From: Rickettsiales bacterium UBA2645
GTDB lineage: Bacteria; Pseudomonadota; Alphaproteobacteria; Rickettsiales; UBA1997
Reading direction: 5' to 3'
Length of the DNA stretch: 63,446 nucleotides
NCBI GenBank assembly: GCA_002359655.1
Contig: DENL01000021.1
Location: 1-63,446, forward strand
The notes beneath the pieces are model-generated. The model did no database searches and was not told the origin of the DNA. It saw nothing but the letters and a program-made list of their open reading frames with translations. Positions 9,861-20,547 of the stretch are shown here, piece after piece. Position 1 is the first letter of the stretch. Every line of letters starts with the position of its first letter. The position numbers and the translations under genes were made by a program.

Positions 9861-12800
9861 TTAAGCAAATCCACGCAGCGCCGCAAAGCTTGAATTTCTC
9901 TCATCAGATACTGAAATCATTGGAAAGCCGCTATTTTTTAGTTTGGTAATAAGTTTTTGCTCGATTTGACGGGCTTGGCTTTTTCCTTCTTTGATAGTCA
10001 CATAAAAAAACTCACATTTACTGTCTGTAATTCTGTTTCTGTGCGCCATCACTCGCTGTAAAAAGTTATCAGTCTCACCTGCATAGAAAAAATTATTTGC
10101 TGTTCTTAGAACATAAACAATGCTGCAACTAATATCTTTTAAAGGAGGCATTTCATTTTCTTTGAGATTTTTTACCTGCGACAATTCTGCTTGTGCAGTT
10201 GACGCAAGTATTTCAATAAGATCAACCTCGTTTCTATTATTTGAAGAAGATTCAGCGGAATTATTTTTTAAAAGATTTGCAAAACTTGAAACTGCAAACC
10301 CATCATAGCCTTTGGCTATTTCTTCGGCTCTTGCAATAATTTCTGGATCTACACCAATTTTTAAAGCTGTGTAAAAAGCTGAGGAGTTTAAGTCTAATCC
10401 ATCAACTGCTTTATAAGTTGGGATATCAACATCGCAGAGCATTTTAATCAGCTTTATATTTTCTAATTTAACTTCCTTATTTACAAAAATCTCATGCCAA
10501 TGGGTTGCAAAAATTGACCTAATATTTCTTTGCGTCAGATGTTCTAAAACGCTAGCCGCAATTGCGTGCCCTGCTTTTGATTCTGTGCCTTTACCAAGCT
10601 CATCAATAAGTAAAAAACTTTTATGTGAAGCGTCTCTGAGAGCAACTTTGATGTCAGTCATTTCTAAAGCAAAAGCAGAAAGACCAGCTTCAGGATCATC
10701 GCCAGCACCAGTTCTTACGTACCATCCATCTATTTCTTCTGATATAGCAAGCTTTTTGGCAGGAAACATAAAACCGCTTGAACCAAGAATTGTTGTGGCT
10801 GCAAGAGATCTAATAAGAGTTGATTTTCCTGACATGTTATGTCCCGTCAACAAACAGCTACCGCTAAAAGTAAGTGAGTTTGTCACTGCTTCGCTGGGCT
10901 TCATCCAATAAGGAAAAAATTCCTCCACTGAAATTTCCGAGGAATTTTTATCTGTTTCAAACGAGCCGCTGATAAAGTTAGTCGTCCAGTTTCTCGGTTG
11001 GCATTCTTTGATGTGAAGATACAGTGTCTTGACAAAGTTTGAAAAAGTCGCCAGGTGAATGATTGCTAGACAGTAAGGAGAAAGTTCTTTCGAGGCACGC
11101 TTTAAAGTTTTTTTAATTGCCTCATGTATAGCTGCGGCTTCCTCTTTATATTCCTTTAAAGCAGCTTCTGCTTTTGAAGTTGTCCATCGATCTTTAACTT
11201 CTTTACCAAAGCGATCGGTTGGATGTATCAGCTGTTGAGGCTCAATATTTTTTGAATTTACACTGCCTAAAATCCAAATTGCATGATTATGAATGTCATA
11301 AGAAAGCGCTGGTTTTCTGGCTCTTTTTCCTTTTTCTTCGTCAAAAGATTCGAGAACAGCAATAAGATTTTGCTTGAGAATTTCTTCGTATTTTTTTGCC
11401 GCTCTTTCTGTTTTATTATACAGATCTGAAATTTCTTTATTGGAAGTTCTAGCAACTCTTCCTCTGAATTCTTCTTCAATACGCTCAAACAGAGTTGCAG
11501 GAATCGACTCGCTTTTTGGAACATAGGCCAGATCTTCTTCTTTGGGCAAAATTGATGAAAGAATATCAATTATCTTCTTGCTGGTGTCGCGCAAAATATC
11601 TGCTTCAGCTCTTATGGAAGAGATGTAGGAAACCACTTCTAAAGTATTTTTGATAAAACTTTCAGGCAGGGTTGTTTGACAGTTTAGAAAAATTTCTGCC
11701 AGGCAGAATAAATCTTTTAGAATTTCTGGATGCGCCTCATTCTTGTTCAGAGTTTTGATGTATCTTACAGGATTTGAAACAATCAATGTCGGTAATTGCT
11801 TGTTACTTGACTGAAGCTCAACAATTGCACACCTTAAACTATCAGCATATTTTTTTGGCGGCGGATTAAGTAAAAGATTTCTGACAATATATTTGCATGT
11901 GGCCGGACTACCTTTGGGCAACATCAATTGAATAAGATCTGGAATACCTCTTTTTGGTAAAATTCCGATCTGTTCTGCCGTTTGCTGATAAAGTGGATTT
12001 GGGCAATCTTTGATAGTTAACTGTTCTGTTTTTAAAAAAGGAATATTGGCATCTAACCCTAAATCAATTTTTATTAGCTCTTCAACTCTTGCTGCAAAAG
12101 CCCGCGAAGAATATCCCTGTATTCTTACTAAATTTTGAAATTTCAGATTTGCTGCGTTGAACAAAGACTTCGGAATTTTTTCATGTAAAAAAATTCGGTT
12201 CATACGCCCACTATATTTGTTTAGGCGTACAATCGCCGCTTCTTCAGTTAAACCTTCCAAGATAAGAGAAGTTCTTAAGTCAGGATTAATTTCTACCACC
12301 TTAACCCCTTTGCTATTCACCGCTAATGCGAATTCGGGAGGTGCTTCCGGAAAGCAAATATTTGCTTTATGACTCATCGCCAAACCGTAAGTATAAGTGG
12401 GAGATGAAGGTGTTATTATTTCCGAGATAAATCTTATTTTTCTGCCTTTTTTATGTATATCATCTGCTTGCTCACAAACAGCAACTGAAAATCCAGCTTC
12501 CGTAAGATCATCCAGAACAGATTGAATATTAGCCAATGGCATTCCTGCTCTGGGGCCTTTTCTTCCCATTCTATTGATACCACAATGCTCAACTAAAAAA
12601 ACCGAATCTACTCCCCAAGTTTCGTAAAATTCCCCTATTTGAATGAGCGCGATTTTTTGTGGATGCTGTTTTTTTACTCTGAAAAGAAAATCAATATTGG
12701 CATCTTTTTTACCATAATCATGTTTGAAACCTTTCCAAAAAGGTTTGTTGCCATCACCAATACCAATAGGTCCTTCTGGATCTAAATCTTGCGCCATTCT

Positions 12801-12890
12801 TATAGCAACAGGATGCGAAAGGCTTTCAAGTCTTGAACTCCAAAATGGTGAGTGGATAAATAAATCGTTAGGAAGAGCTTTTTCCATCAC
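9861..12890 (-). CDS. MutS-family protein with plant MSH1 architecture (mismatch-binding domain, ATPase, C-terminal GIY-YIG nuclease)
   Basis: IQIGEFYE mismatch motif; Walker A GHNMSGKST; Walker B LLIDELGKGT; FATH; HTH SSAFYTALKIGVDPEIIARAEEI; C-terminal IVYVLRTANNFFYAGETDNFLQRVMAHR...EQKLI. Confidence 0.9.
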   Translation of the reverse strand: MMEKALPNDLFIHSPFWSSRLESLSHPVAIRMAQDLDPEGPIGIGDGNKPFWKGFKHDYGKKDANIDFLFRVKKQHPQKIALIQIGEFYETWGVDSVFLVEHCGINRMGRKGPRAGMPLANIQSVLDDLTEAGFSVAVCEQADDIHKKGRKIRFISEIITPSSPTYTYGLAMSHKANICFPEAPPEFALAVNSKGVKVVEINPDLRTSLILEGLTEEAAIVRLNKYSGRMNRIFLHEKIPKSLFNAANLKFQNLVRIQGYSSRAFAARVEELIKIDLGLDANIPFLKTEQLTIKDCPNPLYQQTAEQIGILPKRGIPDLIQLMLPKGSPATCKYIVRNLLLNPPPKKYADSLRCAIVELQSSNKQLPTLIVSNPVRYIKTLNKNEAHPEILKDLFCLAEIFLNCQTTLPESFIKNTLEVVSYISSIRAEADILRDTSKKIIDILSSILPKEEDLAYVPKSESIPATLFERIEEEFRGRVARTSNKEISDLYNKTERAAKKYEEILKQNLIAVLESFDEEKGKRARKPALSYDIHNHAIWILGSVNSKNIEPQQLIHPTDRFGKEVKDRWTTSKAEAALKEYKEEAAAIHEAIKKTLKRASKELSPYCLAIIHLATFSNFVKTLYLHIKECQPRNWTTNFISGSFETDKNSSEISVEEFFPYWMKPSEAVTNSLTFSGSCLLTGHNMSGKSTLIRSLAATTILGSSGFMFPAKKLAISEEIDGWYVRTGAGDDPEAGLSAFALEMTDIKVALRDASHKSFLLIDELGKGTESKAGHAIAASVLEHLTQRNIRSIFATHWHEIFVNKEVKLENIKLIKMLCDVDIPTYKAVDGLDLNSSAFYTALKIGVDPEIIARAEEIAKGYDGFAVSSFANLLKNNSAESSSNNRNEVDLIEILASTAQAELSQVKNLKENEMPPLKDISCSIVYVLRTANNFFYAGETDNFLQRVMAHRNRITDSKCEFFYVTIKEGKSQARQIEQKLITKLKNSGFPMISVSDERNSSFAALRGFA

Positions 12891-13168
12891 CGATAATTCT
12901 GCAATCTGAATTAATATTTAAAGCTTGAGCCCAAGCTTTAACCAACAAAATCTTTAGGGATTTATCTTAAATTCTCGTGATGTGATTTTAACCAGATGTA
13001 GTGAAATATTGCGGTGCTGGATGTGGCGGCAGTAAGAGCGATTAGTGAGGTTCGAAGACGGTGAAATAAAATATTCCTGTTACTGATTGTCAATTAAAAC
13101 ATCATTTACAAGACGCGAGTTCATACAGAAAAACTAAAGCTGGACAGACTTTTTTGTTATAAAATTTA

Positions 13169-14365
13169 TTACTTTTTCCCTAACCAAAGTTGCAAGAAAA
13201 AAGCGCTGATGGTTAGAAGAAAAAAACCGCAAAATATTGGTGTTAAAGTGTCGTTGTAAGATTGCCCGATAGCAGTTCCGATAATCGCAGAAATTCCAGA
13301 AGATAAACAGCCAATAACTGCAGCTGCCACTCCGGCGATACCTCCCATCGGCTCCATTGCAAGTGCGTTAAGATTACCAAATAACATTCCTAAAGCAAAA
13401 AAAGTGATTACTGCAAAAATCATAAATTGCCAAAGTAGCAACTGCTGGTTTTGTAAAATTGAAACTACGATAAATGTCGCCGACATAACCATCATCAGAA
13501 TCAGCGCATAATGGCAAAGTAATTTCATACCATATTTTTTTACGATCATCGAATTCACAATTGAAGAAGCTCCAATAGAAAGAGCTGAGATGCCAAAATA
13601 AACTGGGAATAATTCTCCTACTTGAAAATAATCCTGAAAAATTTGGCGGCTTGAAGCCAGATAACCAACTAATGCGCTAAAAACCAAACCCGCGCAAATT
13701 GCATAACCCAAAGTAAATTTATTACCAAGCACCAGCAAAAGATCTTGCCAGATTGTTGAAAAATTAAAGGGGCGTATGTCTTGTTTTTTTAGGGTTTCAG
13801 GCAGACGAATAAATGTCCATATGGTTGCAATAATTGCCGCTGACAAAAAAATTCCAAAGATAAAACGCCAACTGACAATAAATAGCAAAGCTTGGCCAAT
13901 AGTTGGCGCAATCACTGGAATGATTATAAAAATCGTCATGATAAATGACGTCACGCGAGCCATGTCCCGCCCTTTATAGAGATCGCGGATAATAGCAGTG
14001 CTTACTATTCTAGGAGAAGCCGCACCAAAGCCCTGCAAAAATCGACCCAGTAACATCATCGAGTAATCTTGCGCCGTGATGCTAAAAATATTGCCCACCA
14101 CAAAAATTATCAGCCCTAGATAAATCGTTGGCTTACGACCAAAGCTATCAGCAAGAGGTCCATAAATTATTTGCCCGAAAGTAAAACCCAAAAACAAAAA
14201 CCCGATGACATATTGCATCTTATTCTGATCAATAATTCCGAACTCTTTTCCCATTAGAGAAAGTGATGGCAAAACCATGTCAATCGACATCGCTACCATC
14301 GACACATAAAGCGCCATTAAGGTTATAAACTCTATAAAAGAGGATTTTTTCTGATTATTTATCAT
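13169..14365 (-). CDS. Bcr/CflA family MFS multidrug transporter
   Basis: AMSIDMVLP, GPLADSFGRKP, GRFLQGFG, IIRDLYKG, 12 TM segments. Confidence 0.92.
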   Translation of the reverse strand: MINNQKKSSFIEFITLMALYVSMVAMSIDMVLPSLSLMGKEFGIIDQNKMQYVIGFLFLGFTFGQIIYGPLADSFGRKPTIYLGLIIFVVGNIFSITAQDYSMMLLGRFLQGFGAASPRIVSTAIIRDLYKGRDMARVTSFIMTIFIIIPVIAPTIGQALLFIVSWRFIFGIFLSAAIIATIWTFIRLPETLKKQDIRPFNFSTIWQDLLLVLGNKFTLGYAICAGLVFSALVGYLASSRQIFQDYFQVGELFPVYFGISALSIGASSIVNSMIVKKYGMKLLCHYALILMMVMSATFIVVSILQNQQLLLWQFMIFAVITFFALGMLFGNLNALAMEPMGGIAGVAAAVIGCLSSGISAIIGTAIGQSYNDTLTPIFCGFFLLTISAFFLQLWLGKK

Positions 14366-14556
14366 GAGCGAAATCTTTAGATTTTTTATGCAATTTTTAA
14401 CTTGGACTGAAATTTAGATGTCAGATTGTCGTAAGTTTTAAGCAATTCTTAATATAAGTTTTCTAGTAAGTTTTTTTTCTCAATAATTGCCTTTTCTGAG
14501 TGTGATTTAAATCTACATCAGCTCATAAGTTTATTTATTAAAACAACAGCTTTACC

Positions 14557-15663
14557 ATGAAAAAAAATCGGCAAAATATTGCGGTGATTGCAGCTTCCGC
14601 AACTTTATTTTTAGTAGTAGTCTTTGGCTTCCTTCACTGGAAAAATAATCAACATGAAGATTCAAATATTGAATTTCAAGTCACTACACCTTGGCGCGAA
14701 ACTCTAGACATTAAGCAAAATTATGTAGCGCAGATCAGAGCCGTGCAACATATCGAAATTCGATCTTTGGAAAAAGGATATTTGCAAAATATTTACGTTG
14801 ACGAAGGACAGTTTGTAAAAAAGGGTCAAAAGATGTTTCAGATCATGCCTTTACTTTTGGAAGCAGAATTAAAAAAAGTCACTGCCGAATATCAATTAGC
14901 CAAAATTGAATATGATAACACGCTTATTTTACAAAAGCGTAATGTTGTATCTATCAACGAATTGTTATTGGCCAAAGCTCGACTAAGCAAAGCTCATGCT
15001 GAAATGGAAGTTGCACAAGCACATCTGCAATTCAGCACAGTAAAAGCGCCTTTTAGCGGCATAATGGATCGCTTTAATGTTCGTCTTGGCAGCTTGGTAA
15101 ATGAAGGAGATTTGCTAACCACCTTGTCAGATAACAGCAAAATGTGGGTATATTTTAATGTATCTGAAGCTGACTATTTGGATTACATGGAACATAAAAA
15201 AGTCGATGACGAAATTCCTGTAGAATTGCTTTTAGCCAATAACAGCCTTTTCTCGCATCAAGGTAAGGTCGATACAATTGAGGCAGATTTCAATAACGAA
15301 ATTGGCAATGTTGCTTTTCGCGCCACTTTTCCCAACCCAGATAAATTATTAAGACATGGCGAAACTGGCAGCGTCTTGCTAACAAAAAAATATAAAGATG
15401 CTTTGGTCATTCCGCAGAAAGCCACTTTCGAAGTTTTGGACAAAAAATTTGTCTATGTCGTTAATGAAAAAAACGAAATTCATTCACAGCAAATTACAAT
15501 AGCAGCCGAAGTGCCGCATCTTTTTATCATCGCTTCCGGCGTTAGTGAAAATGATCACATATTACTTGAAGGACTTGGCAAGGTGCATATTGGCGATGTA
15601 ATAAAAACACAAAATCAAGATCATGAAACTGTGCGCAAAGGCTTGGCACTTTCCACTAAATAA
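14557..15663 (+). CDS. RND efflux periplasmic adaptor (MFP)
   Basis: N-terminal TM, VDEGQFVKKGQ, VKAPFSG, RATFPNPDKLLRHG. Confidence 0.93.
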   Translation: MKKNRQNIAVIAASATLFLVVVFGFLHWKNNQHEDSNIEFQVTTPWRETLDIKQNYVAQIRAVQHIEIRSLEKGYLQNIYVDEGQFVKKGQKMFQIMPLLLEAELKKVTAEYQLAKIEYDNTLILQKRNVVSINELLLAKARLSKAHAEMEVAQAHLQFSTVKAPFSGIMDRFNVRLGSLVNEGDLLTTLSDNSKMWVYFNVSEADYLDYMEHKKVDDEIPVELLLANNSLFSHQGKVDTIEADFNNEIGNVAFRATFPNPDKLLRHGETGSVLLTKKYKDALVIPQKATFEVLDKKFVYVVNEKNEIHSQQITIAAEVPHLFIIASGVSENDHILLEGLGKVHIGDVIKTQNQDHETVRKGLALSTK

Positions 15664-15674
15664 TTTTTAGCAAA

Positions 15675-18600
15675 ATGTTTGAAAAATTTATTCACCGACC
15701 AGTTTTAGCCATCGTCATTTCACTAGTTATTGTTTTTTTAGGAATATTGGCGGCTTTCACATTGCCAGTATCACAATTTCCAAGAATCGCGCCAACACGG
15801 GTAACAGTTTTTGTTACTTTCCCCGGAGCCAATGCTGATGTAGTGGTGCAGTCAGCTTTGATTCCACTTGAACAAGCTATCAATGGCGTACCGGGAATGC
15901 GTTATATGACTTCTTCAGCAAGTAGTGCCGGCGAAGGAGAAATTCAGGTTCTCTTCGACATGGATATCGATCCAAATAACGCAGTTGTACAAGTAAAAAC
16001 TCGCGTCGATCAGGCGATTAACAAATTGCCGCCTTTAGTTCAATTAGAAGGCGTAATCGTGCAAGCAGTGCAGCCAAGCATGTTGATGTATGTTAATCTT
16101 TACAGCACCGATAAAGAAGCAGAAGAAAAATTTATTTTTAACTACGCCAATATTCGTCTGCTTCCTGAACTAAAACGCATTAAAGGTATCGGCCAAGTAC
16201 AAAATCTCGGCTCTCGCACTTATGCCATGCGCATCTGGCTTAATCCCGATAGAATGCGCGCTTACAATATTTCCACAGAAGATGTGATGGAGGCAATTGC
16301 CAAGCAAAGTGTGATTGGTCATCCAGGCAGAATTGGCAGCAGCTCAGGCAAAAAGGCCCAATCGCTGGAATATACTTTAACTTACAAAGGTCGCTACAAT
16401 CAGCCTGAACAGTATGAAAATATAATCGTCCGCGCTGATGCCAGAGGCGAAATTCTTTACTTAAAAGACATCGCCAAAATAGAGCTTGATAGCGAATTCT
16501 ACGATATTTATTCAACCGTTGATGGTCACCCTTCGGCTTCCATAATTTTAAAACAAACTTTTAACAGCAACGCCAATGAGGTGATTGAAAATGTTAAAAA
16601 TAAGTTGGAAGAATTGCGTAAAGACTTCCCCGCTGGGATGGATTATAAAATCAGCTACGATGTTTCAACCTTCCTAGAAGCTTCAATTCACAAGGTTTTA
16701 CATACCCTAGTAGAGGCATTTATATTAGTTTCTTTAGTAGTATTTATTTTTTTGGGAGATTGGCGCTCCACGCTGATTCCGGTTTTAGTAGTGCCCGTCT
16801 CTTTGATTGGCGCTTTTTTCTCGATGCAGATTTTTGGACTTTCGATCAACCTCATCACTTTATTTGCCATGGTGCTGGCCATTGGTATTGTTGTTGATGA
16901 CGCAATTGTAGTAGTCGAAGCAGTGCATGCCAAAATGGCCGAAACCAATCTTTCGCCTTATCGCGCAGTGAAAAAAGTTCTGGGTGAAATCAGCGGCGCG
17001 GTAATTGCCATCACGCTTTTGATGACCGCGGTATTTGTGCCAATCGCCTTTATGAGTGGACCAGTTGGAATATTACTCAAACAATTTTCGATCACCATGG
17101 CTTCTGCCATTGTGCTTTCTGGTGTGATCGCCCTTACTTTGACTCCAGTGCTCAGCGCAATGATTTTGAAAAAACATTCACACGGAGAAAAAGATAAGAA
17201 AAAAGCGCTAATCTCCTCAAGTTTAGATAAGTTCAATATCATATTTGACAAAGTAACTCGAGGTTATGTCTGGTTTCTTCATCGCATCATAAGACGCAAA
17301 TTTCTTACCATGGGCGTGCTTGTTTTTTTTAGCGTCGCTATCTTTTTTATGAGCCAGATTCTCCCAAGCGGATTTATTCCAGGTGAAGATCAAGGCATGA
17401 TTTACGCCATTGTGCAAACTCCTCCGGGATCAACTTTAGAAAAAACTTATGATGTCTCAACCAAGCTTGGAGAAATTGCTAAAGAGATTGACGGAGTTGA
17501 ATCAGTTTCATCTTTGGCCGGATTTGAAATTCTAACCGAAGGTCGTGGCTCTAATGCTGGAACTTGCTTTATCAATTTAAAAGACTGGAGCAAAAGAAGC
17601 AAAACTGTCCATCAAATCATTGAAGAGCTGGAAGAAAAAACCAAAGATATCGGCGCCGTAATTGAATATTTCGAACCACCGACAGTTCCCGGATACGGTG
17701 CAACTGCAGGGGTTGCTTTCCGCTTACTCGATAAAACCAATACCACTGACTATCGTGAATTTGATAGCTTGAATCAGGAATTTATCTCTAATCTCAAAAA
17801 GCGTTCAGAGTTAAGCGGTTTGTTTACTTTTTACTCAGCCAAATTCCCACAATATGAACTTGAAATCGACACCAAACAAGCCATGCAAAAAGGTGTCGTT
17901 ATTGGTGACGCCATGGAAAATCTCAACATCCTAATTGGAAGTACTTATCAACAAGGCTTTATTCGCTTTGGTCAATTCTTCAAAGTTTATGTGCAATCAC
18001 TGCCTGAGTTTCGTGACCTTCCAACTGATGTTTTGAATTTTTATACTAAAAACAGTAAGGGTGAAATGGTGCCTTATTCTGCTTTTATGAAGATCAATAA
18101 AACCCAAGGACCAAACGAATTGACTCGCTTCAATTTATACAATTCAACTTCGATTCGCGGAACACCTGCCAATGGATATACCACTGGCGACGCAATTCAA
18201 GCGGTTCAAGAAGTTGCCAAACAAGTATTGCCCAGCGGTTATGATGTGGCTTGGGAAGGTCTTTCTTTTGATGAAGCTTCTCGCGGTCATGAAGCGATTT
18301 ATATTTTTGCAGTAGTTTTATTATTCGTTTATTTCGTGCTCGCCGCACAATATGAGAGCTTCATCATTCCATTGGCCGTAATGCTATCTTTACCACCGGG
18401 AATTTTTGGCTCATTTTTACTTTTAAAAATAATGGGACTCGCCAATGACGTTTACGCCCAAGTTGGCTTGATCATGCTTGTCGGGCTTTTAGGCAAAAAC
18501 GCCGTTTTGATTGTAGAATTCGCCCGCCAAAAAGAACAAAGAGGCGCATCAGTTTTACGCGCTGCAATTGAAGGAGCGCGCATGCGTTTTCGACCAATTC

Positions 18601-18839
18601 TGATGACATCATTTGCCTTTATCGCCGGACTTATCCCCATGGCTTTTGCCTCAGGCGCTGGATCAGTTGCTAATAATACGATTGGCGCTTCCGCACTTGG
18701 TGGAATGTTGTTTGGTACTTTTTTTGGCGTGCTGATTGTTCCGGGACTTTATTATATTTTTGGATCGATCGCCAAAGGTAAATCTCTGATTCAAGACGCC
18801 GATGAAGAGCCATTAACTGAAAAATTTGTTCACAAATAA
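15675..18839 (+). CDS. HAE1-type RND efflux transporter
   Basis: FIHRPVLA, AIGIVVDDAIVVVE, KNAVLIVEFA, RFRPILMTS. Confidence 0.96.
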   Translation: MFEKFIHRPVLAIVISLVIVFLGILAAFTLPVSQFPRIAPTRVTVFVTFPGANADVVVQSALIPLEQAINGVPGMRYMTSSASSAGEGEIQVLFDMDIDPNNAVVQVKTRVDQAINKLPPLVQLEGVIVQAVQPSMLMYVNLYSTDKEAEEKFIFNYANIRLLPELKRIKGIGQVQNLGSRTYAMRIWLNPDRMRAYNISTEDVMEAIAKQSVIGHPGRIGSSSGKKAQSLEYTLTYKGRYNQPEQYENIIVRADARGEILYLKDIAKIELDSEFYDIYSTVDGHPSASIILKQTFNSNANEVIENVKNKLEELRKDFPAGMDYKISYDVSTFLEASIHKVLHTLVEAFILVSLVVFIFLGDWRSTLIPVLVVPVSLIGAFFSMQIFGLSINLITLFAMVLAIGIVVDDAIVVVEAVHAKMAETNLSPYRAVKKVLGEISGAVIAITLLMTAVFVPIAFMSGPVGILLKQFSITMASAIVLSGVIALTLTPVLSAMILKKHSHGEKDKKKALISSSLDKFNIIFDKVTRGYVWFLHRIIRRKFLTMGVLVFFSVAIFFMSQILPSGFIPGEDQGMIYAIVQTPPGSTLEKTYDVSTKLGEIAKEIDGVESVSSLAGFEILTEGRGSNAGTCFINLKDWSKRSKTVHQIIEELEEKTKDIGAVIEYFEPPTVPGYGATAGVAFRLLDKTNTTDYREFDSLNQEFISNLKKRSELSGLFTFYSAKFPQYELEIDTKQAMQKGVVIGDAMENLNILIGSTYQQGFIRFGQFFKVYVQSLPEFRDLPTDVLNFYTKNSKGEMVPYSAFMKINKTQGPNELTRFNLYNSTSIRGTPANGYTTGDAIQAVQEVAKQVLPSGYDVAWEGLSFDEASRGHEAIYIFAVVLLFVYFVLAAQYESFIIPLAVMLSLPPGIFGSFLLLKIMGLANDVYAQVGLIMLVGLLGKNAVLIVEFARQKEQRGASVLRAAIEGARMRFRPILMTSFAFIAGLIPMAFASGAGSVANNTIGASALGGMLFGTFFGVLIVPGLYYIFGSIAKGKSLIQDADEEPLTEKFVHK

Positions 18840-18842
18840 ACC

Positions 18843-20297
18843 ATGTTTAAATCTGGTAATTTTCTCTTATCCAATATTGCCTGCTTGTGCTTGTTGATAC
18901 AAAGCTGCGTTCCAAAGCTGCCTGAATATAAAAATATTCCAAAAGATAAAATTGAAACTCCAAACAGTTTCCCAAGCTATGGTCAAGAAAGTGAGAAAGA
19001 AGAAGTCATCAAAAAACATTGGCAGCTCTTTTTTAAAGACGAGCAATTGGTGACATTGATTGAAACGGCTCTGAAAAATAATCAGAATTTAAATATTCTC
19101 GATCAGGAAATTAATATCGCCAACAACCAAGTTATGGCGCGCCAAGGTCAGTACTTACCAAAAGTAGGAATTGCTGCGGGCTATGAAAGTGAAAAAACTA
19201 ATAAATTCACCAGCAGCGGAGCTGATGATGCAGCAGCTGGATTACCAGATAAATTACATAATCGTCAGCTGCTTTTAAACACTTCTTGGGAAGTAGATAT
19301 TTGGAAAAAATTACGCAACTTCGCCAAATCTTCTTACCTAGAATATCTAGCTTCTATTGAAGGACGAAATTTTGTAGTGACGCAATTAGTTGCCGAAGTC
19401 GCCAGTGACTATTACGAATTAATGTCACTTGATAACCAGTTAGAAATCATTGAACAATACACCAAGACCTTACAAGAAGCACAGCAAGTCGTAAAATGGC
19501 AACAAGTCGCTGGCCGCAACACTTCGCTTCCGGTAAAAAGATTTGACGCTGAAGTGCTGAAAAATCAGAGCCGCAAATATAAAATTCAGCAGCAAATCGT
19601 TATCACCGAAAATCACTTAAACACACTTTTGGGACGCTTGCCTCAACATATTGAACGTGATTCAAAAAAATTTCAAAAAATTGCAATACAAGATTTTGCA
19701 ACTGATATTCCCTCGGCGTTGCTTGATAATAGACCTGATGTCAAACAGGCTTCTTTAAAACTTGAAGCAGCTAAACTTGATGTGAAAGCTGTCAAAACCG
19801 AGTTTTATCCGTCATTAAATATTGATGCTAATGTTGGTTATCGATCTTTTAACTCGCATCATTTTATTGATCCGGCATCAGTTTTTTATGACATTGCCGG
19901 AAATCTTACTGCTCCGCTACTTAATCGTAACGCGATAAAAGCTGATTATTTTTCGTCAAATAATCGTCAGATAAAAGCAATTTATAATTACGAACAAACC
20001 TTCATCAACGCCTTTGCTGAAGTTTCAAATCAATTAGCTTCGGTAGAAAATTTAAAACAGATTTACGCATTTAAATTAAAGCAAACCGAAGCGCTTTCAG
20101 AATCATTCGACATCTCAAATATTCTTTTTAAAGCCGCCAGAGTTGATTATCTTGAATCACTTCTAACCAGAAGAGATTATCTGGAATCTCAAATAGAGTT
20201 AACAGAAGTTAAACAACAACAACTCACCTCTTACGTAAATTTATACAAAGCGCTTGGTGGTGGCTGGAGAAGTGAAGAGTTAAAATCTGTGAATTGA
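18843..20297 (+). CDS. TolC/OprM family outer-membrane efflux lipoprotein
   Basis: Lipobox LIQSC, SWEVDIW, LLDNRPDV, LYKALGGGW. Confidence 0.93.
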   Translation: MFKSGNFLLSNIACLCLLIQSCVPKLPEYKNIPKDKIETPNSFPSYGQESEKEEVIKKHWQLFFKDEQLVTLIETALKNNQNLNILDQEINIANNQVMARQGQYLPKVGIAAGYESEKTNKFTSSGADDAAAGLPDKLHNRQLLLNTSWEVDIWKKLRNFAKSSYLEYLASIEGRNFVVTQLVAEVASDYYELMSLDNQLEIIEQYTKTLQEAQQVVKWQQVAGRNTSLPVKRFDAEVLKNQSRKYKIQQQIVITENHLNTLLGRLPQHIERDSKKFQKIAIQDFATDIPSALLDNRPDVKQASLKLEAAKLDVKAVKTEFYPSLNIDANVGYRSFNSHHFIDPASVFYDIAGNLTAPLLNRNAIKADYFSSNNRQIKAIYNYEQTFINAFAEVSNQLASVENLKQIYAFKLKQTEALSESFDISNILFKAARVDYLESLLTRRDYLESQIELTEVKQQQLTSYVNLYKALGGGWRSEELKSVN

Positions 20298-20342
20298 TTA
20301 TTGGAATTGATTATTGACAGGCTTTTTCTTGTAAGGGCTTGA

Positions 20343-20483
20343 AAATATTGGAGCGATTTAAAATCCAAATTAAGACAGGAGGGCAGCCAAATGTCCGAAA
20401 AAATCGGACAGCTAAAAATGCAGGCCGAAGATGGTAAAATGCAAAAACTATTTTGCTTAAATAGCTTTGGTAAGGATTTCTAA
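20343..20483 (+). pseudogene. Fragment of a Bro-N domain (phage antirepressor-like) gene
   Basis: Translates KYWSDLKSKLRQEGSQMSEKIGQLKMQAEDGKM, a pattern typical of Bro-N domain proteins; no start or continuation. Confidence 0.65.
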
Positions 20484-20547
20484 AATTACTCCCTCTTTTT
20501 TCAGCAAAATTAGTGGCAATTAAATTCTGAATTTAATCACAAAAAAA

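Noticed and set aside
12990-13080. GC-richer intergenic stretch with ggttcga (tRNA T-loop-like)
   Set aside because: No cloverleaf or acceptor stem can be formed; no convincing ORF either
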